Source of the DNA: Mobula hypostoma
Taxonomy: Eukaryota
Reading direction: 5' to 3'
Assembly (NCBI RefSeq): GCF_963921235.1
Contig: NC_086109.1
Location: 14,076,001 to 14,140,000, forward strand
Length of the DNA: 64,000 nt
The notes under the pieces were generated by a model, which saw only the letters and a program-made list of their open reading frames with translations, was not told the DNA's origin and searched no databases. The translations under genes and the position numbers were made by a program. Below are positions 58,996-64,000 of this stretch, piece by piece (position 1 is the stretch's first letter; every line of letters starts with the position of its first letter).

Positions 58996-60657
58996 ATCAA
59001 GACCTTGATGGCTGAAGGGTAGTAACAGTTCCTGAATCTGGTGGTGTAAGTCCTGAGGCTCCCGTGCCTTCTTCCTGATGGCAGCAGTGAGAAGAGAGCA
59101 AGTCTGGGTGATGGAGGTCCCTGATGATGGATGCTGCTTTCCTATGAGGGCGTTTCACGTAGTTGTGCTCAATGTGCCAACGAGTGGATAGCCAACACTG
59201 TTTCCCGCCAGGGTGGCAGCAAAGGCCAATACAAGAGGACATATACTTAAGGAGAGTGGAGGAAAGCTTATGGGAGATATCAGAGGTAGGCTTTTTACAC
59301 AGAGTATTGGGAAAGCTCTGTCAGGGCGGAGGTAGAGGCTGATGCATTAGGGGCATTTAAGAAACTCTTGGATAGGTACATGGATGAAAGAAAAATAGGG
59401 GGAATTGAGCCCTGGTCTTTCAATCATCGGCTCTGTAAAGCATTACACTATCTGCTACCTTCATACTACCTCAGTATACTGCTGCAATGAACCGATCTGT
59501 GTGGATGGCAGGCAGAACAAAGTTTTTCCTGTACCGTGGTACATGTGACAAGATTCAAGAATGTTTAATGTCATTTCTGGTACACTAATGTAAAGGAGAA
59601 TGAAATAATTGTTACTACAGATCTGATGCAGCAGGGAAAAAAATTAGGTAAAGCACACAATAAATATAATAATACATACATAAGATACTTTATATCCATA
59701 GATTGATTGTATGTCCATAAAGTGACGCCAAGCACAGCAGTGTCTGTACAAAAGGTGACTCTGACAGGAAATAGTGAAGCAGTGATGGGGGTGGGGGTGG
59801 GTGTGGAGGGGTGGGTTAGTGAGTCAGTCACAAACAGGAGAAAACCTGAAGATGCTGGAAATCCAAGCGACACACACAAAACGCTGGAGGAACTCAGCAG
59901 GCCAGGCAGGCAGCGTCTATGGAAAAGAGTACAGTCGACGTTTCGGGCTGAAACGACTGGAGGTTTTGATCAGCCTTACTGCTTGGGGAAAGTAACTGGT
60001 TTTGAGTCTGGTGGTCCTGGTATGGATGCTACATAGCCTCCTCCCTGATGGGAGTGGGACAAACAGACCATGAGCAGGGTAGTTGGATTCCATCATGATG
60101 TTACCAACCCCCTTCCAGCACCTTTCTGTATCTACGTCCCTTATGGCGGGTAGGCTGGTGCTAGTGATGCATTGGGCAGTTTTGACTTCCCATTATCGAG
60201 CCATCTGTCCATTTAAAGGCAATTAAAAGAAATCAGAATGAAGAATATAGTGTACAGTTGCAGAGAGTGCAGGTAGACAAGTAAAGTGCAAAATGAGCTA
60301 GATTTGGAGATCTAGCCTTCATCTTCAGCATATGACAATAGTTGGGGGGCAGAGTGGCTTCCTCCATCCAATTTATACGGAGTTGTACACTGTGGAAACG
60401 GCTCCTCCATGCTGACTATGTTGACCCACCTGTCCACAATGGTCATCCTGCCAGAGCTGTGTTGTGGTTAGTCCCTATGAGGAAACTTTTGACAGGGAGT
60501 TTCAATTCCACTGTAAGTTCAGAAGCAGACCTTCTTTACAATGATGGTTTTTTTTAAACGCAAACACAGGAATTCTGCAGATGCTGGAAATTCAAGCAAC
60601 ACACATCAAAGTTGCTGGTGAACGCAGCAGGCCAGGCAGCATCTCTAGGAAGAGGTG

Positions 60658-60695
60658 CAGTCGACGTTTCAGGCCGAGACCCTTCATCAGGACTA
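60658..60695 (-). ncRNA. Minimal type I hammerhead ribozyme motif in PLE terminal repeat
   Basis: Reverse complement reads tagtc CTGATGA a gggtctcggcct GAAA c GTC gactg. Confidence 0.75.
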
Positions 60696-61917
60696 ACTGA
60701 AGGAAGAGTGATTAAGGGATTTGAAAGTTGGAGGGGGAGGGGGAGATGCAAAATGATAGGAGAAGACAGGAGGGGGAGGGATGGAGCCAAGAGCTGGACA
60801 GGTGATAGGCAAAAGGGATACGAGAGGATCATGGGACAGGAGGTCGGGGAAGAAAGACAAGCTGGGGGGGGGGGACCCAGAGGATGGGCAAGGGGTATAT
60901 TCAGAGGGACAGAGGGAGAAAAAGGAGAGTGAGAGAAAGAATGTGTGTATAAAAATAAGTAACAGTTGGGGTACGAGGGGGAGGTGGGGCATTAGTGGAA
61001 GTTAGAGAAGTTGATGTTCATGCCATCAGGTTGGAGGCTACCCAGACGGAATATAAGGTGTTGTTCCTCCAACCTGAGTGTGGCTTCATCTTTACAGTAG
61101 AGGAGGCCGTGGATAGACATGTCAGAATGGGAATGGGATGTGGAATTAAAATGTGTGGCCACTGGGAGATCCTGCTTTCTCTGGCGGACAGAGCGTAGAT
61201 GTTCAGCAAAGCGGTCTCCCAGTCTGCGTCGGGTCTCGCTAATATATAAAAGGCCACATCGGGAGCACCGGACGCATTATATCACACCAGCCAACTCACA
61301 GGTGAAGTGTTGCCTCACCTGGAAGGACTGTTTGGGGCCCTGAATGGTGGTAAGGGAGGAAGTGTAAGGGCATGTGTAGCACTTGTTCCACTTACACGGA
61401 TAAGTGCCAGGAGAGAGTTCAGTGGGGAGGGATGGGGGGGACGAATGGACAAGGGAGTTGCGTAGGTAGCGATCCCTGCGGAATGCAGAGAGAGGCGGGG
61501 AGGGAAAGATGTGCTTAGTGGTGGGATCCCGTTGGAGGTGGCGGAAGTTACGGAGAATAATATGTTGGACCCGGAGGCTGGTGGGCTGGTAGGTGAGGAC
61601 CAGGGGGACCCTATTCCTAGTGGGGTGGCGGGAGGATGGAGTGAGAGCAGATGTACGTGGAATGGGGGAGATGCGTTTAAGAGCAGAGTTGATAGTGGAG
61701 GAAGGGAAGCCCCTTTCTTTAAAAAAGGAAGACATCTCCCTCGTCCTAGAATGAAAAGCCTCATCCTGAGAGCAGATGCGGCGGAGACGGAGGAATTGCG
61801 AGAAGGGGATGGCGTTTTTGCAAGACTTTAAAAAATCCGTGTAAGCGGAACAAGTGCTACACATGCCCTTACACTTCCTCCCTTACCACCATTCAGGGCC
61901 CCAAACAGTCCTTCCAG

Positions 61918-62244
61918 GTGAGGCGACACTTCACCTGTGAGTCGGCTGGGGTGATATACTGCGTCCGGTGCTCCCGATGTGGCCTTTTATATATTGGCGA
62001 GACCCGACGCAGACTGGGAGACCACTTTGCTGAACATCTATGCTCTGTTCACCAGAGAAAGCAGGATCTCCCAGTGGCCACACATTTTAATTCCACATCC
62101 CATTCCCATTCTGACATGTCTATCCACGGCCTCCTCTACTGTAAAGATGAAGCCACACTCAGGTTGGAGGAACAACACCTTATATTCCGTCTGGGTAGCC
62201 TCCAACCTGATGGCATGAACATTGACTTCTCTAACTTCCGCTAA
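61918..62244 (+). pseudogene. GIY-YIG endonuclease domain of the PLE, open in the + arm; the - arm copy has a premature stop at 61277-61279
   Basis: ORF track: ...VIYCVRCSRCGLLYIGETRRRLGDHFAEH...[23 protein letters not shown]. No RT core is present, so the element is non-autonomous. Confidence 0.88.
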
Positions 62245-62535
62245 TGCCCCACCTCCCCCTCGTACCCCATCTGTTACTTATTTTTATACACACATTCTTT
62301 CTCTCACTCTCCTTTTTCTCCCTCTGTCCCTCTGAATATACCCCTTGCCCATCCTCTGGGTCCCCCCCCTTGTCTTTCTTCCCGGACCTCCTGTCCCATG
62401 ATCCTCTCATATCCCCTTTTGCCAATCACCTGTCCAGCTCTTGGCTCCATCCCTCCCCCTCCTGTCTTCTCCTATCATTTTGGATCTCCCCTTCCCCCTC
62501 CCACTTTCAAATCCCTTACTCACTCTTCCTTCAGT

Positions 62536-62573
62536 TAGTCCTGACGAAGGGTCTCGGCCTGAAACGTCGACTG
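62536..62573 (+). ncRNA. Minimal type I hammerhead ribozyme motif in PLE terminal repeat
   Basis: tagtc CTGACGA a gggt-ctcg-gcct GAAA c GTC gactg: stem I TAGTC/GACTG, intact core, GUC triplet at 62566-62568. Confidence 0.75.
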
Positions 62574-63489
62574 CACCTCTTCCTACAGATGCTGCCTGGC
62601 CTGCTGCGTTCACCAGCAACTTTGATGTGTGTTACAATGATGGTGATTGGGGCATTGCTGCCCTCTGGTGGGCAACAGTGGCAGTGCACAGTGCAGGTCC
62701 TCGAGAGGAAGTATTGGCAAGAGAACCAGAACATCAGGCGCTCTTGGTCAAATTATACTTGGGTAGTTCATCAGGGGCCCCAGACATTGGATAGACTCTT
62801 TGCCAGCTGTCTATATCTGTGCTGTGTCAGGTTTGGAAGATCGAATTTGCTTTTCCGGGGTGTCATATTCTACATACCCAGCACCCCTCTGTGTGGAAGA
62901 AGTTGCCTTTAAAGCTTCTCCCTTTTCAGTTTAAACCTCTGTGTGGGGGGTGGGGGTGTTAGACTGTGGCTATCTACCTTATCTACATCACTCATTTTAT
63001 AAGCCTTCATAAGGTCACCGCTCAGCCTCCCACACGCCAAAGAGGAAAGTCCCAGCCTATCCAGTCTCTGTGTATCTCAAGCACTCTAGTCCCAGAAGCT
63101 TTTTTGTGCTCCCTTTCCAGCTTAATGACATCCTTCCTAGAGCTGGGTAACCAGAGCTGTGCACAATACTCCAAGTGTGCTAATGACCTGCGCAGTTACA
63201 ACACGACATTCCCAGCCGCTGTCTTCAGTGCCCTGACCGATGACGGAAAGCATGTGCAGTGCCACCTTCTACCCCCACTGCCACTTTCAGGGAACTGTGT
63301 TATGTAGCTCTATCTCTAGATCTCTCTCTTCTACAGCACTCTCCAGGGGCCCTATAACGTACTGTTTAACTCATCGTCACAAAATGCTACCATCTTGCAA
63401 GTTGTCCGAGTTAACTTTATACATTCTTTGCTCTCTTTTTGCATCGCTCATTTATTTATAATGTTTTACTCTTTTTCCCTCTCCCCTTA

Positions 63490-64000
63490 TGGGTGGTGTG
63501 TATGTGTATTTTTTTTGCTCAATCTTGGGTCCTCGGCACGGTACCCTTGCTGTTCCTATATAGTACGCTCTTCTGGACCGAGATCTCAGACGTCGTTCCG
63601 GGATTTGTTGGAGCCATTCTCCAGTCCTGGTGTCACAGCTCCAAGTGCTCCTATCACCACCGGGGTTATTCCGGCTTTAACAGTCCACATCCTTTCCATC
63701 TGCTCTTTCAAACCCTGGTGTTCCTCCAGCTTCTCATATTCTTTCTTCCTGATGTGCAAGAAATCCACTGAAACAATCCAGCACATAGTAGCAGGGTGCA
63801 CAATGCAGGCGGGGACAGCATACGCTGAATGACACAGCCAAGTTGCAGGAGCTCTGTACAGGAATGTCTGCACTGAGAATGGATTGGACACTCCCAAGTT
63901 CAAATGGGGAACACCTGAGAAGGTAGTGGAGGATTTCAGAGCTGAGACATGTGGGACTTCCACATGATAAGCAGGTACTGGCCAACCAATCAGACATTGT
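63490..64000 (-). mobile_element. R4-clade (Rex6/Dong-like) restriction-endonuclease LINE fragment with inverted 5' segment; runs off the window
   Basis: IRKKEYEKLEEHQGLKEQMERMW...PVVIGALGAVTP on -; CCHC knuckle CKKSTETIQHIVAGC...HSQVA and ANQSDIV on +. Confidence 0.82.

Larger units (their letters stand above)
60549..62631. mobile_element. Neptune-type Penelope-like element: long 5'-truncated copy on - (61826 to 60549) plus inverted copy on + (61835 to 62631)
   Basis: RT C-terminus IPFSQFLRLRRICS...GFP, Cys linker CKxNKCYTC, GIY-YIG VIYCVRCSRCGLLYIGET. Arms of ~800 bp; TSD TTACAATGATGGT at 60536-60548 and 62632-62644. Confidence 0.92.

Noticed and set aside
61277..62244. Autonomous or domesticated GIY-YIG gene
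   Set aside because: Both arms are 5'-truncated, lack the RT core and a credible start, and one has a premature stop.
1..64000. CRISPR array or prokaryotic system
   Set aside because: No regularly spaced repeats with unique spacers and no operon-like ORFs; this is an intron-rich vertebrate locus.

Overview
Eukaryotic vertebrate DNA. The repeat content (HE1/V-SINE-like SINEs, CR1, Rex-Babar and abundant Penelope-like repeats) suggests a cartilaginous fish, probably a ray; this is inference. The window holds the apparently complete coding region of a SoxD transcription factor, best matching SOX13, on the + strand. I assembled 13 GT-AG coding exons from 198 to 54539 with consistent phases (1896 nt, 631 aa). 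They encode a leucine zipper/Q-box, a PLNLT motif, an HMG box split over two exons and a C-terminal VVLTD. A probable ~3 kb 3' UTR follows. Introns and flanks are dense with mobile elements. The most striking non-gene system is a family of Neptune-type Penelope-like elements (GIY-YIG endonuclease) carrying minimal hammerhead-ribozyme motifs. They range from a 2.1 kb head-to-head inverted element with a 13-bp TSD down to 136-225 bp fold-back mini-elements with 13-15 bp TSDs and the same asymmetric tail, one inside the probable SOX13 3' UTR. A second, Poseidon-type PLE with a different hammerhead, 5'-inverted CR1 and R4/Rex6 copies, nested hAT elements and several hairpins are also present. All family assignments come from recognising motifs by eye; no database search was run.
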